This document shows positions 25,377 through 38,449 of a stretch of DNA of 64,000 nt, piece after piece. The first letter of the stretch is position 1; each line of letters starts with the position of its first letter. The DNA lies in NCBI GenBank assembly GCA_030704615.1, contig CM060734.1, positions 60,450,001-60,514,000 on the forward strand. Direction: 5' to 3'. Position numbers and translations under genes: made by a program. Below the pieces are notes generated by a model. That model was not told the origin of the DNA, ran no database searches, and saw only the letters and a program-made list of their open reading frames with translations. The stretch comes from Takakia lepidozioides. Its lineage: Eukaryota; Plantae; Bryophyta.

Positions 25377-26355
25377 AACGATGTTTTTCTGGAAATATGC
25401 AAGTGTCTTGCTTCATTCATTGATCTGTGTAGCTACTCAGTTCCTGCACCATTTCCTGAGAATATTGACCATGAGACTGTTGAGGGCATTTCCGGTGGCA
25501 TATCCACAGGAAAGGAAATCAGAATGCTGTCCTAATTCTGGGGATGGTGCATCTTCTCCAAATCTTTGAACATTGGAGTTGGAAGTGAATATGAATGATC
25601 TTGATTAGTGGGGCAGCCCTGTGCACAAGCTTGTTCAACAACTTTAATTTGGAGAAGTCTCTCGTGGTGGTGCATCAGGTAGAGCCCTTGACAAACTTGC
25701 ATGAATGTTGTCGAAGGCTAGGCTTAACCCACCAAGATCCAATCCCAAGTTACTGGGCACAGTGCCCTTGTCATTCTGTGCTAGCATGTAGGCCTTGGCA
25801 ATTACTCTCCATCAACCAAACAAACCCACTGAGGTCGTCACAAACACTCTACACAAATACTGCAGATGTGAAGATTCTGGTGTGAAAATAAGCCAGCCAT
25901 TCTCATTTTCATTTTGAGGGAAACTCTGACATAAGAGACAGGAGAGAAGGAGAATATTTGTTATGGCCATAGCAAGCCTGAAGAGGCCTTTGAGACCACA
26001 GAAAGTTTCTATGATAATTTATATAGGCGAAGAGAAAGTAATAAACATCTTAAGATTCGATTAATAATGATTCCCTTGGACTCTCCTTTTGCGGAGAAAG
26101 TTCAAGTTTTCTCATAGAGAAGAGGAAAAATAAAAAAGAAAAAGATCAGAAAAGTTTCAAAGCCACCCGACTCGCCCTCTTCGGAGAGAGTTCCCAGATT
26201 TAAAAAAATGCTTCAAAATCGCCATTCTTCCCCACTGGATTGGGTTTGAATCCCCTAGATAAAAAGTTGATAGTTCTAATCTAAAATAGCCTTGGAACCA
26301 TACCAAGTCCCCAGCTCTCTATTACTACATCTCTCTATTGGGCCCAGGCGTTGCC

Positions 26356-27404
26356 TCAGTCGGTTTCCTGCCCGAGTGTCCAGCCTAATTGGACGGTGTG
26401 TTCAAAGGAGCACGTCAAGCCTAATGGGACTGTGAGTTCAAAGGAGGAGTCCATCATGTCGCTGCTACACTCATTCGCACCGCTGCCGAACTGGTCCAGT
26501 ATGCTCGTTGGAGAAGGCAGCGTCTTGCTGGCAGGCTCACAAATTATGCTGGCAAAGGAGGATCGATCAGTGAGGAAAGGATGCCGCAGCAGTGCAGAGC
26601 TGGTCCACCTCTTACTGGGATCCCTTGGAAACACTTATCCAGGAAATCATGAGCTTCAGGGCTAAGGGAAGCAGGCACTGCAGGAAGTTGACGTGTGGCT
26701 CCAATACGGTAGAGAGCTGCCATAGGATTGGAGATATCATTCCAGGGAGGTCGTCCCGTCGCCATCTCCAATACTGTGCAGCCGAGGGACCAGATATCCG
26801 AGGGAGTTCCTTGTTCTACCTGTCTGACCACTTCTGGAGCCATCCATAGCGGTGTTCCATCCACTCTTTTCAAGAACGCACTACCTTCAACCTCTCCTTG
26901 TCCCACTCTCTTGGCAGATCCAAAGTCTGTGAGCTTGACAATCCCGTTCCCAACCAGCACATTCTTCCCCTTGATATCACAGTGGACTATACCTCGGGTG
27001 TGCAGGTAGTCGACTCCTTCCAAAATATTGCGCGTGTAGATGCGAACCAAATGCTCATCGAGCCCCCCAGTCCCTGCAAACTGCTTCAGTAAGTCCGACA
27101 GGCTTCCTCCAGGCATGTACTCCAAGAACACATTCCGCATCCTCTTTCCATTCTCCTCGCTCCAATCGCTCCCTAGGCAACGAACGATGAACCGAGAATC
27201 CAAACTTTGTAACACCTGGATCTCGTTCTCTAGCGCTTTCAAACAATTGTTGGCACCCGCATCCCTGTCACTCCACTCAATGGACTTGACTGCAAAAATC
27301 CCCCCATCATCTCTGTTCAGTGCAAGGCTCACCCTCCCAAACGCCCCAACGCCTATCAAACCACCTCTAATCCAAGACCCCACTGGATTCTTGTGGATCT
27401 CCAT
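26356..27404 (-). pseudogene. Intronless MEKK-like MAPKKK (MAPKKK15-20 type) with a single -1 frameshift; pseudogene or sequence error
   Basis: GLIGVGAFGRV, FAVKS, HCDIKGKN, DFG, GTPLWMAPE, DIWSLGCT. The frame breaks at ~26622-26626 and subdomain XI (RDPSKRWTSSALLRHPF) continues in the 26356-26634 frame. Confidence 0.88.
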
Positions 27405-28728
27405 GAGATTCGCTCAATTTTCTGACAGAGTGGACAAGCTGATTAGAATGTAGATAGAGAGGACCCCTAGAACATGTTGGTGAGCCAAGTGACTAAATTT
27501 TGACTAAATTTTGACTAAATTTGGACTTCGGACCTATTTTGGGCAAAAGTTGTTTTGTTGCAGCTAGGCGCATATATGGAAGGAGGTCCCCCAGTATTTG
27601 AGGTGATCCCATAGGCCTTGTAATAGGAGGCCAACCGTAGGTGAGCACTCCCTGGACGACTGCAAAGGCACACGTCGTTGCAAAGGTACAACACCCCATG
27701 AGGCTGGCTTGTTCAATGGCGATAAAACATACAAAGTGTCTGACAAGTCCTCATACATTTGATGCCAAAACAAAACTCCTTATAAAATTTCCCCTCACAA
27801 TGGAGTATTTTACTTCTAGAATTGTTCATTTGGGAGGTTGGTCAGTTGAATGGAAAACTCAAAAAGTGGGCACAGGAAGCTTGCAGGTATGAAATCCAGC
27901 GGCCCCACAGAAAGAGGCCTATCGTGTTGAGGAAAGAATCAATTGAGCGACCTGAGTGCAATTTTCGTCTGTAGAGTATATGCGATCAATCCCAGCTAAA
28001 AACGGCTCACAGGAATCAATAGAGAAGATTGGTGATGAAGGAAGCAAGGGCCGGATGAACTACTAGGCTGCCAGATTTGCGAGACAATCTAGTCTTCCTC
28101 TCGCTCTCGCTTCGACTCCCTCTCGCTCCTTTCTCGTCCCATGGACCTCTAGGCCCACATGGACGCCACAAATTTGTCGGTCTCCTCTCCCCATCCCTCA
28201 AGGTACATTTCTCTGAAACTCTGATCTGTTTTCCTTTTGGTCTCGTTGTCTCCCTCACTTGAACCCTTGGTTAGTGTACTGTAAGTATACTGTGCCCCCA
28301 AACCTTACTAAAAGTCGTAGAGCCTTGAGATTTACCTTGGAACCGGCTGTGCTTGTCTAGTTTCTTAAGGACGGGCAGTTTTTTGGTGTCTGAACTTGAA
28401 CGATGTGTCAAGAGGGGTAGCACCTACACCAGTATCCTCTGACCACAAGCTGCTGCCAGTTGCACATCACCCCTGGAGACAATGTTGACAAATCTTTGTA
28501 ACTCATATCTAACCACCTGTCCATACCTCGGTCCATACATGCAGGCCTGGAAGAACTGTGAAATAGACTTCAGAAGGGCTTACTTAGTGCACCGTTTTTG
28601 CGGAGTCTCACATCTAGAGCAGCGAGAAAAAATCTCCAAAGGAGCACATGCAGACGCTTACTTATTCAGGTCCTCAAATAAATTGATCGTGACTAGAGGA
28701 AGCAGAAACTGCCTCAGTGGTCATGAAT

Positions 28729-30328
28729 TTATAATTCCGTGAGCTTTCCCCCCTTCTGTTTGAGCTGATCACGTTCAATCAAGTTCACCTCCTCCAGGCC
28801 GTGTACGATGTTTCTTACATTGGCAACGTTTGAGCCTTCGGGCGCACTGCGATTGCCATCTTGGGGCCGTGCTTTCCCTTCTTTGGGGGAACTTTTGCCA
28901 TCTTCCTGTTTGTCTGAGCTTTCCTGCGGCACATTCTGTTTGACATCACCGGGTGCACCTGGAAAAGCAGGGGCTGATGACGAACTCAGGGTGACCGTCA
29001 AAGGAGCTCCAGTCGGCAGCTCCAGAAACTGCATGAAGAGCACGTTGTTGTGTCTGGCACATCATTGGCACAGCAACGATAGAGATGAGTTTCGTGGTAG
29101 TAATCCAGCAGTTCTCAGATACATTTCAAAACAATGTAATGCATAGAATACTGTTTCCCTCAGTTCCTCCCCTTCCTGAAGGGCATTGCGTGGCTCAGTC
29201 ATCACTGTACAAAATCGGCCGCCGAGCAGAAGATGTGTATATATATATAGACACTTTATCAGGTGCGCATGTTCAAGTTGACACACCTTACGAAAATTTC
29301 ATCCAGAATTTCCGCACCGAAGTCTTCATCGTCCTTTATACGCTCCTGCGCTTGAAGTAGCTGTGCAAGGCCACACCAAGGTCGTGCTCATATTTATGCA
29401 GACGTAAGTTATAGCGCCTCAGCACACCACAATACTTAACTAGTGGCAACAACTCAACTCCAATGTTGAAATTGATGTCCGATGAAGTTAGGAAGAAATT
29501 GAACAAGATGAACTTGCCTGCAGGTTCATGCGCGTGTCCGTAGACTGCAAGTAACCTGTCAGAGTCCCCAATCCCCGGACCATCAAGAGGAGGAAAACCG
29601 TCAAAAGCATGTCCGCGTGATCATGCAGTGGACATCCCACATCCCAATAGAGTTTCAAAGTATGGATCATTCAGTGATCATTTTACCTGTACATAGTAGA
29701 CATTCCAATCCCCCGACCGTCAAGAATGTCCATGGATGCAGAATCCTCCTGGGAATAAAGTTTCAGAATTCATATGGAGTAATATTTGTGTAGCCTCAGT
29801 AGTCTAGGTAAATACTGTCAACACAGTATAAGAAGCTGCATCGAACTGGGGATCAGTCAATCAGCGTGAATCAAGTACCGTATGCAGAGACCGGCCTGGA
29901 CACGAAACATGACTCCTTTGTCTACTTCTAACGTAGTATTCAGACTACGTAATTATTCGCCATGCATGCAACATTTAGATCTATCGTCTTGCCAATATTG
30001 TAGATTCTGGCCGGGAAGAGTGGCTCACCTTTGTACGTATTCCCCCACTTGAGCCTCACGGAGACAAATTTTCCTACACATTCCTCGTATAACCAACTCA
30101 GTGGGGGTTTCACCTCAACTCGTTCCAAATTACACTGGCCCGCCTGCATGCACAAAATTTACATGTCATCAAGCTGGAACTTCTCGATCTGTGACCTAGA
30201 AAGCCAACAATGTACGTGCGCTCTACTAATATGTTCACAGATTTTTCCAGAATTACCTCCGTATCAAGAGCAAGGATGGCCATGGGATTCTCTCCCACGT
30301 TAGGAACAAGATAAGTGTCCGTGGACAT
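28729..30328 (-). CDS. Divergent SmF-like Sm-fold protein, 5 exons, ~207 aa, with N- and C-terminal extensions
   Basis: Exons 30328-30257, 30143-30029, 29555-29518 (GC donor), 29360-29287 and 29053-28729 splice in phase. They give ..VGKFVSVRLKWGNTYKGYLQSTDTRMNLQLLQAQERIKDDEDFGAEILDEIFVRHNNVLFM.., matching the SmF pattern LKWG..YKG.L.S.D..MNLQL...EE....EILIRCNNVL. Confidence 0.85.
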
Positions 30329-30607
30329 GGTGACAAGTGAAATGAGCGAGTCCCAAAGGGTGAGCGAACAAGTGTGCAGTGCAGGAATGCAGCAGAGTCA
30401 CTGGCAGGCCTGCCTCACTATCCAACTCGCAAATACACAAAACACAAAAGCAACAAACATCGCAGGAGAAATCAAGCTGATTGATCGTCGACAGTCTGAC
30501 ACCGTTAGATCTATATTTGGCGCGTACGCAACGACTGGCGTTGGATCTGGCGGGTCCTGGATCTGGTCGTGGGTTCAAACTCCAAACCCAAACTGAAAAT
30601 ATATATA

Positions 30608-31505
30608 CCATGCTTACCTAGCTTATTAGGCACTTCCGCGCCTAATAATTAATAAAAAAGGAATATATTTAGGCAGACTCGTTTTTATTATTTAGGCACC
30701 TCACCTAGGTAAATTCCAAACATTAGGCATGTATTACAGTCGACCATGGATAAATGTTACCTACTTTTTGTTATGTCACCCTTAATGTGATGATATCTTT
30801 GGTCTGTAAACATTTACACTTGAAAATGGCATGACTAGAGCGTTACTTGATACGTGTTATGAAAATATGGCTCTCCTCTTTGTTAGCACACCTCCATAGT
30901 TGCTAGATCTTATGTTGAGCCTTAATATAGTTCGTTGAGAAAACATTCATCCACTCTTATCAAGGATCTTATCCAAAGGCACCACGTCCATAACAAAATA
31001 ACATAAGCTTAATGAACAATTGTTTTTTACCTCCCTCAAAAACTATTGTTGAGGTAATTGTAGGCATTTTTTATTATTTAAAAAAAAAAGGAAACCTGGG
31101 AGCGACTCCTCACAATTCAGGCCCTTGAGGAGGGGGAAAAATTAACTCCCTTTCAGATAAGACATTAGGCACACATGTGGGAAACGTCACCACCATACCA
31201 ACCGTCACGAACAATCCACACACTAGGCAGGGCAGCGGGTTTTGAACTCTGAACCACCAGGGCGACACACTGTGCACTTACCATCTGAGCTACCAGCTGA
31301 TGTATTTTTGCCATTTTTTGGACTTTAAATAATATAATTTAGGCATTTTTTGGACATTTTGGTATTTTTTTCACAGTTTTCGAGCAATTAGGCACTTCTC
31401 AGGAGCATTTTTCCAAGTTTTAGGCACATTTTCCAAAAAAGTTCTAAATTTAATTAGGCACTTGATTTTGAATTAATTATTGCATAATAAGCTAGGTAAG
31501 TACGG
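30608..31505. mobile_element. Tc1/mariner-type non-autonomous element containing a SINE
   Basis: ~25-bp TIRs CCATGCTTACCTAGCTTATTAGGCA / CCGTACTTACCTAGCTTATTATGCA, flanked by TA. Confidence 0.8.
31080..31300 (-). mobile_element. tRNA-derived SINE, family B
   Basis: The minus strand begins GGTAGCTCAGATGGTAA (A-box-like) followed by GAGTTCAAAACC (B-box-like) and ends in a T tract. Homologous copies lie at ~32080-32300 and ~35665-35860. Confidence 0.75.
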
Positions 31506-31509
31506 TATA

Positions 31510-31668
31510 TATGACTGCCTCCCCAAGAAGCGTAATTTATGGTGTCTAAATTATGGTGTCTCTTGACCACAAAGGGCTACTGCCTTCCGGTAGGAAGGTG
31601 GACACCTTTGTGACACAAATCGGTGGATTGAACCCAAAACCGCTATGTGCCCATTACCACTGGGCTAC
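31510..31668 (-). mobile_element. tRNA-derived SINE, family A
   Basis: Minus strand GTAGCCCAGTGGTAA..GGGTTCAATCC (A/B boxes). The body is shared with 11476-11640 and ~56445-56620. Confidence 0.7.
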
Positions 31669-32079
31669 AACCTGGTTCTATGTCCAAACCTGAAACAGAG
31701 AATGGGTTCAACTGCAAACAGAGGGGCTGCTAGAAGGCGAGCCCCATTTCCCATGGATGGATTTCATCCATGTTTTATGATCAACAGCTCCCAACTGGAC
31801 ATGAAACGTTGGGACCGCAGCCGCGGATTTGAGAAAAAGCAAGATAAGTTTTGTTTTTCATGTTCCAAAGTCTCTCAAATGTGCATCTAGTCATGTAGAG
31901 TCACCCCCTTACAAAGAAGGTACTTCTCAAATTTTCTGGAAACTTAGGGATAGGTGGGCTTCCGACATGATGCTGTGTGAATTTCATGTAAATTGGAGTC
32001 CGTTTGGAAAGTATGATAGGAGGTAGGAAGTCTAAGTCAGGGCCTCTGCATCGGGTTGATTCTTTTTTTTAAACATTTT

Positions 32080-32300
32080 AAAAGGAAATACCCGGGAGCG
32101 CCGCTCACAAATCAGGCCCCTTATCAATTATAATGAGAGGAGAAAATAACCTCCTTCATAATAACCTTGCCATGAGGCACCGAGCACAAGGCTCAGGGAC
32201 ACGGCCCAAGGGAAGGGGGAGTTATACCACACCCGACAAGGTAGCAGAATTTGTACCCAAAATCACTTGGTGTGCTCTATTCAACTTAGCTACCGACTGG
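32080..32300 (-). mobile_element. Diverged SINE family B-related copy
   Basis: Shares AAAGGAAA..GGGAGCG..CTCACAA.TCAGGCCC with 31090-31130. Confidence 0.45.
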
Positions 32301-32560
32301 TGGTGGCCTGAATTTCAAGTTGAAACCGGCATGTGATGTAGCTCCAATCCATAGGGTGGAATAAAGTTGTATGTGAACATAGACAATGTAAGTTAGTAGG
32401 GACATATTTCAATAGTTCTTCTTTTCCTTTTTTCTTTCCGATAGTTCATTTCTATAAATAGTATGATGATGTGGACAATTGAAAAAGTGACCTTAATTCA
32501 TGGATCTCTAGTGGTGGGTTAGGCCAAGGTTGCTGATTCTGCCAAAACCTTGAAAACAAA

Positions 32561-32850
32561 ATGATAGAACATTGTCTCATGGATTGCACCTTGGTTGTTT
32601 CAGAATGGAGTCTCATTCGGACGTTCTATGGTCTTTGGAACTCCGCCACTCCCATGACACATTCTATTCTTATGTTAAATGTCTTTGGGCAGTCCATTTC
32701 GAGTCACTGCCCGCGGTGTGGGCGGCCCTGCGCGCCCACACTTTGTGGAACCTTTGGAAGTCCAGATGCTCTCGTCTATGATGGTCAATCTCGTTGTGTG
32801 AGTATTGTGGTGCATAGAGTTCACTCAGACTTGATGTTTGAAGTAAGAAA
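32561..32850 (+). mobile_element. LINE (L1-like) ORF2 C-terminal remnant
   Basis: IEHCLMDC followed by WAALRAHTLWNLWKSRC, resembling the zf-RVT/C-terminal region of plant L1. Frameshifted. Confidence 0.5.
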
Positions 32851-32860
32851 AGCGTGGCCA

Positions 32861-33109
32861 GGCAAGACGATAGATCTAGATGTTGCATGCATGGCGAATA
32901 ACTACGTAGTCTGAATACTACGTAGAAGTAGACAAAAGAGTCATGTTTCGTGTCCAGGCTGGTGTCTGCATGGTACTTGATTCACGCTGATTGACTGATC
33001 CCCAGTTCGATGCAGCTTCTTATACTGTGTTGACAGCATTTACCTAGACTACAATTATTTGATATGAATTTGAAACTTTATGCCCAGGAGGATTCTGCAT
33101 GGACATTCT
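32861..33109 (-). repeat. Inverted copy of part of intron 2 of the SmF-like gene (~29724-29993)
   Basis: GGCAAGACGATAGATCTAGATGTTGCATGCATGGCG.. is the reverse complement of sequence running down from 29993, with high identity. Confidence 0.92.
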
Positions 33110-33239
33110 AAAATGTATTGCTTCATTTATGACTTCTCCTTTGTTCCTTTTTAGTAAAACAACCCTCAAGAGAGAGAGATGACTCCGGCCAAAGCCAACG
33201 TAACTAAGAGCCACCTTGCCGTGTGGCTACTGGCCCTGC

Positions 33240-33420
33240 AAACGTGATTAAAAGGCTGAACAGATTGTTTGAGCTGATGAAGGAGGCCGGGTACACTCGC
33301 CTTGCATTAGATGATGTGGAGGAGGAGCAAAGGAAATCTGTATGCTACCACAGTGAGAGACCAGGTTGTTGGGCTCATCAGTACGCCCGATGGCCACGTG
33401 CTATGTGAAATATCTGCTTA
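33240..33420 (+). pseudogene. Isolated DYW-domain fragment
   Basis: LNRLFELMKEAGYTRLALDDVEEEQRKSVCYHSER aligns to LRRLSGPMKEAGYVPDTRFVLHDVGDEEKEFSLCHHSEK of the 22-25 kb gene. Confidence 0.8.
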
Positions 33421-35334
33421 CCATGCTCACCCCAACCTCCTCTATAATATGCATTCATGTCATAATAGATCAAAACACCAAATAGTGTCACTATTAACCC
33501 TTAAGGGCCTGCCATTGGGCAAATTTCACCCCTAAAAAAAAAAACCTCTAGTTAGTTAATTGAGGCCACACACCTACCCTGATACATCCAAAAAATTGAA
33601 CCTTACCAAGTTTATCTTGTCTACCATATACATCTACTTATCAAATTGTAGAAAAAATCACCATAAATATTAGTGTTTTAGTGAGAGGGGTTTTTTTTTT
33701 GGGATTTTGTAAAGTATAGAATTTGAGCTTTGACCAAACTATTTAGGTGATGGGTGGATTTTTCCTGCTCCTATCTCCCAGATAGAAATGTGGTATGTTG
33801 TCATAGCCAACTACTCTGGAAGTTTCAAATCAACCAACCTCTCTTTTTAGGGTCCTTTGTATGTGTTTGAGGTGAGGGCAAAATGTCCTCCATAGCTTAC
33901 TAAGTCAAAGTGAGCCCTCACAAGAAATCCACTCTTTGATAAAGTTATTTCACTCAATCGCTCTGGTGAGGGTGTGACATGTAATACAATAGTGAGCCTA
34001 GAAAAAAAGAAACTAGATCCAACGGTACAATCTACAAATGTGGGCCCCCGAGTGGGCAAGTTACTTTCTTGCCCACATGCCTGCAAATTACCTCCTCCGG
34101 TAGAGGTTTCGGGCGACTGTTGAAGGGCCACGTAAACTTTCAACCTCCATGGCGGGTGGACGGGGTGTGTAGTTCACCGCCAGCATGCATATGGCAATTT
34201 GACGGCGAACATGTGCCAATTATATCTCGCCACGCAGATGGTCAACTTTGCGTGGCCCCTTCCCATGCTCCAATATTATGACCCCTGTGTTTTCTAGAAA
34301 ATTTACAGGGTCAGAGAATTTATTAGAATGTACTGCTTTCAATATGAGAAGGTGGGCCATGTTGCCGGACTATTAATTGTAGTTGAAACCATTGAAAAAT
34401 ATTAAAATCTGCGAAAAGTAGAGAAGAAAATGTACTTCCTCAAAACTTGAATCAGGTCTCTTGGGCCCTTAAGGGTTAAAGGATGAATATGATGGATGAT
34501 TGGGATGTTTATTTCAATTTGATTTTTATTTTTTTTGGATTTTTGTTTTGTTTTGTTTTGTTTGCTTTGTTTTTGTTTTGTTAAAGAAACTGGCCGCAGA
34601 CCCGAATATATTAAAGAGGAAAAAAACAAGGCGTGAGATACACGGAGGCCCTGCCATTGTTTTATTGATATGAAGTGTAACATGTGCCCAAATGGGAACT
34701 AAAAACTTCCATGTTCCCATTAAGTCTCGTGGGAACAACCCATGATATAAGGTTAAGGTCACTTTGGCCAACTTGATGCGTAGTCCCTACCCTATCGGGC
34801 AGGGCCAATAAACCTCTCATGACATCCCATGGAGGCTGAGGAAGGGGACACCGCCCGTAACTAGAGTATCACAAGGTAGGTCCTAACATAAGTCTATTGG
34901 AGGCAGCGAGATTCCTACAGAATCAAATATAGTCTAGGGGATGTTCCTCCTACATTTAGAGGGCTCCAAGGAGAGCTGGGCCTTTGATTTGCCCTTGCCA
35001 AAGCTGCGCCTGTGCCTCCAATTCACATCACATTCTTCACCATCTGGGGGGGAGAGACGGGTGCTAATAGAGCTGCCAGCACGCCGCGAGGGAGTCGTCC
35101 CATGCAACATAGAGGTACCGGAGGTTCCGTTGCATAGGATGCCGCATTTTGCCCAATTGTTGTAAAAGCTAGAGAGTAGTTGCCTTCTCCTTCTCTCTGA
35201 AGCTCTGGAAAAAATTACACATAGCGTAAATCATTGGCACCCCTTCCCAACTCTTCTTCATTCATATCCTTCCTAAAACAGAATCCATCCTAGGGGGGGG
35301 TGGTATATCATGGTATATTGATATATATATACCC

Positions 35335-36409
35335 TGGTGTGGCAAGTTTAGGTACCCGGATGTATACCCTTATATTAGGGTATATTTTTATGATATACCC
35401 TTATCCTTATATTTACCTGCATCAAGACGCTCAATATATCCTACTTTTCTGAAGGGTATATGTTAAAATGAAGGGTATATAAGGGCTTTTATGTGCCTTC
35501 ATAGCCTTTATGTGCTAGGTCTTTTCGCTTTTTGTTGTGTTGTTAGGGAGCCTTGAGCTATAAGAAAGCTCCAATCACAGCTAAAAAAATGCTATATATA
35601 TATCAATCCTTATATGTCATATAACCCAAACAATACCTCTTCAGATCTCGCATGTATATATATATAAAAGGAAACATGACAGCCCACAATTTAGGCCCTT
35701 GAGGAGGGGAAAGATTAACCCCCTTTCAATTATGGGCCATGAGACCTACAGGACAATCAACGCCCAGACATACCGTCATGAATAATCCCACACATGGGGC
35801 AAGGCAGCGGGTTGGAACCTCGAACCACCAGAGCGACACACACTGTGCACTTACTAGGTCACATGTGCCTCTTTTTTTTTTTTTTTTCTTTTTTTTGGAA
35901 AGGGGAGGTAGCCCTTGAGAACTTTATTAAAAATTATTGAAGGGAAAAAATTAAACCCTTAGATGCCCGTAGGCCGCCTTTTGTTTAATCTCAAACCTTC
36001 GAGGAGTCCTCCATCTTGCATTGGAAGTTAACACCAAAATATTATGCAATATCTTATCAATTTTCTCTTTTACCATAGATTGTATTTTTTGTGTTTTGTA
36101 CATATTGAAGAACAAAAAAAAAGAGAGAAAAAAAGAAGAACATAATATATTCTTTAAAACATTGAATTATATATTAATTGAAATAACTATCCATACCCGG
36201 AAACTATTCATACCCTCAGGGTATATTTTGGCATATAAATCCATACCCAGGGTTATATAGAAATCTGAAAAGTTAATTTACCCATACCCGGAGGGTAAAT
36301 AATTTTTTGAGATTTCAATTTATCCATACCCGGAGGGTAAATGATTTGACAAAAATAATTTACTTATACCCTAAGGGTATATTGAAATCAATATACCCGC
36401 ACAACACTG
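35335..36409. mobile_element. Degenerate hAT-like non-autonomous element with ATACCC(GG) subterminal repeats and an internal SINE
   Basis: Many ATACCC/GGGTAT repeats. The right end ATATACCCGCACAACACTG matches CAGTGTTGGGCGGGTATAT at 37432 in reverse complement. The left end is unclear. Confidence 0.45.
35665..35860 (-). mobile_element. tRNA-derived SINE, family B copy
   Basis: CACAATTTAGGCCCTTGAGGAGGGG..GGCAGCGGGTTGGAACC..GAACCACCAG.GCGACACAC..TGTGCACTTAC is shared with 31110-31285. Confidence 0.75.
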
Positions 36410-38449
36410 GTATTTACCATCCATTAAAAGTTTTTTTATTTGAAGGATGATATTTTATGTACTGATGAAAGTCGTTGGGTGGAGATCATCTGCTGCGTTC
36501 ATGACTTAGGGTGTCGAGGGGTGAGCCGAGGAGCACAAGAGCGAAGCTGCGGGAGGACTAGTGCTGGCAATGTACTGGAAACCTTGCTACCTTGAGATGG
36601 TTAAGTAAGTGGGGGATGAGTAAGTTAAATTAACTAGTGGATGAAAAAGTTCATCGTTTTGGACTCACCTAGATTTTGGACTAGATAGAGCTGTCGTAGC
36701 TCGTCGAGCTACTGTGCTGCCTCTGCTTCTGGCTAAACTACTCATGCGACATCAAGGGGAAGGGGGGCGGTCCCTCTGACAACCCTGTGCCACTCACTAT
36801 GGATAGGTCTGATGTTGGCGGTGGCTGCAAACCTGTATAGGAGTAAAGATTAGGATGGGTTATCTCTCAGAATAGGAGGAAGATAGTTACAAGAGCGGGG
36901 AGCTCGAGTCATTGTCACTGGAGCAGCCCAAGCGGTGACGGCGTGCATTAAGATGGAATGCTGAAGGTGGACAGCTCGGTGGAGCGTGATGGGCAAGCGG
37001 AAAGATCTCTGATGTGGCACGGGTATTTGAGGTGGTGAGATCATGAGGTTTTAGGCTGCTTCTTCTTCTACTCGTGACTGAACTTAGGATATAGAGATGT
37101 TTTGGTGGATGACCTTGAGGGAGAAAGGGCTTTGAAAAATGGAATGAAGACATCTGGAATTCATACCAGACCTGTGGTAGAGAGAAAGTGAGGCAAAAGT
37201 CTGTTACTTGGAGTTCTGTATGAAGGAAGATTTAGTATATCTTGAAATGAAGTAGGTAATTGTATGTGTGTGTGCTTGTGTCTCCTTGGAACAAGCAGAA
37301 ACAGTGATGCAATGTTGTTGGGATATGTTTTTCAGATACATGTAGGCCACCAATAAGGGGAAAGGGGTTTCTCTTGTCATGTGAAGAAACTGTAGCTCAC
37401 CTGTAGTGTGAATGTGGGATGCAATATTTACCAGTGTTGGGCGGGTATATGAATTACCCTGATATACCGGGGGGGGGGGGGCATCATGCATACAGTGAGC
37501 TTAGAAACATTCATGGTCTGAGGTTTGCAACAGTAGGAAACATGAGGTCTGGCTTAGTTGCTGCTCATTACTAAGGGCGGGCATTTCAGTTCGTGTCATG
37601 GTTGAGATCAGTCATATATGCTAGGTCTCTAATGATGAAACAGAGCTTTTATGGACCAACAGGATCTGCTCTCTGCTCTGCATTGCATCAGTAGAATCAA
37701 TTGTATGAATTCATCCATGTGTTTGACCACCTTGGGTCCTCTTTGGGGGGTTGTTATTCCATATGCAGTTGCGTGCATGCATGCACAAAATCCCTTATTA
37801 TATATGCATGTGACAAATTTGTATGCACACATTGTAGATTGTATACAGTGAGTTATATAACATAGAATACGACGTATTTATTGCATATGCAAATGTTACA
37901 TCATATGTATATAGAAAAATAAATAAATAATCTTAGCTAACAAAATCAGTAGTCAATGGTCAGGTTGGCTGGTCATCAACCCAGCCTCACCATAGAAGAA
38001 ACACTAGTGGTCTTGTTGGTCATCACTCTAGCCTCACCACGGTTTGATGCATGTGACCCCTAACTCCAAGTAATGCACCACCTTAAACTGAAGAGAATAC
38101 AAGATCCCTGGCCGAAGTAATAGTTTGCAAACTTGTATTCAAGGAAAACAGTTTCATATTAACCAAAATATGGACTTTTGTACTAACAAATGCATATGTG
38201 TCATGTTTGAAACCACCACATTGCCTGTCTATTTGTAATACCAAGCAGTTCTATAATTTGAAAACTTGTATGACAGGTACACAAGTTCCATTTTAACCAA
38301 AATAGGAACTTCTGTACTAACAAATGCTATGTGTCATGTTTGGAATAAAGTAGTAACAAGATAATTACATGTCACATGCATGAAAATGAACGGCACAAGT
38401 TAGAGGTTCTTTTTTTGTGCATTTCATGTGTCACTAAAAAGTTGAACTA

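Noticed and set aside
30606-30611. ATG|GT micro-exon as the start of the SmF-like gene
   Set aside because: It is part of the mariner-type TIR, and the 30328-30257 exon gives a better in-phase start.
38120-38345. Two ~90-bp direct repeats downstream of the transposase remnant
   Set aside because: Probably an ordinary local duplication in the element's 3' region; no further structure was seen.
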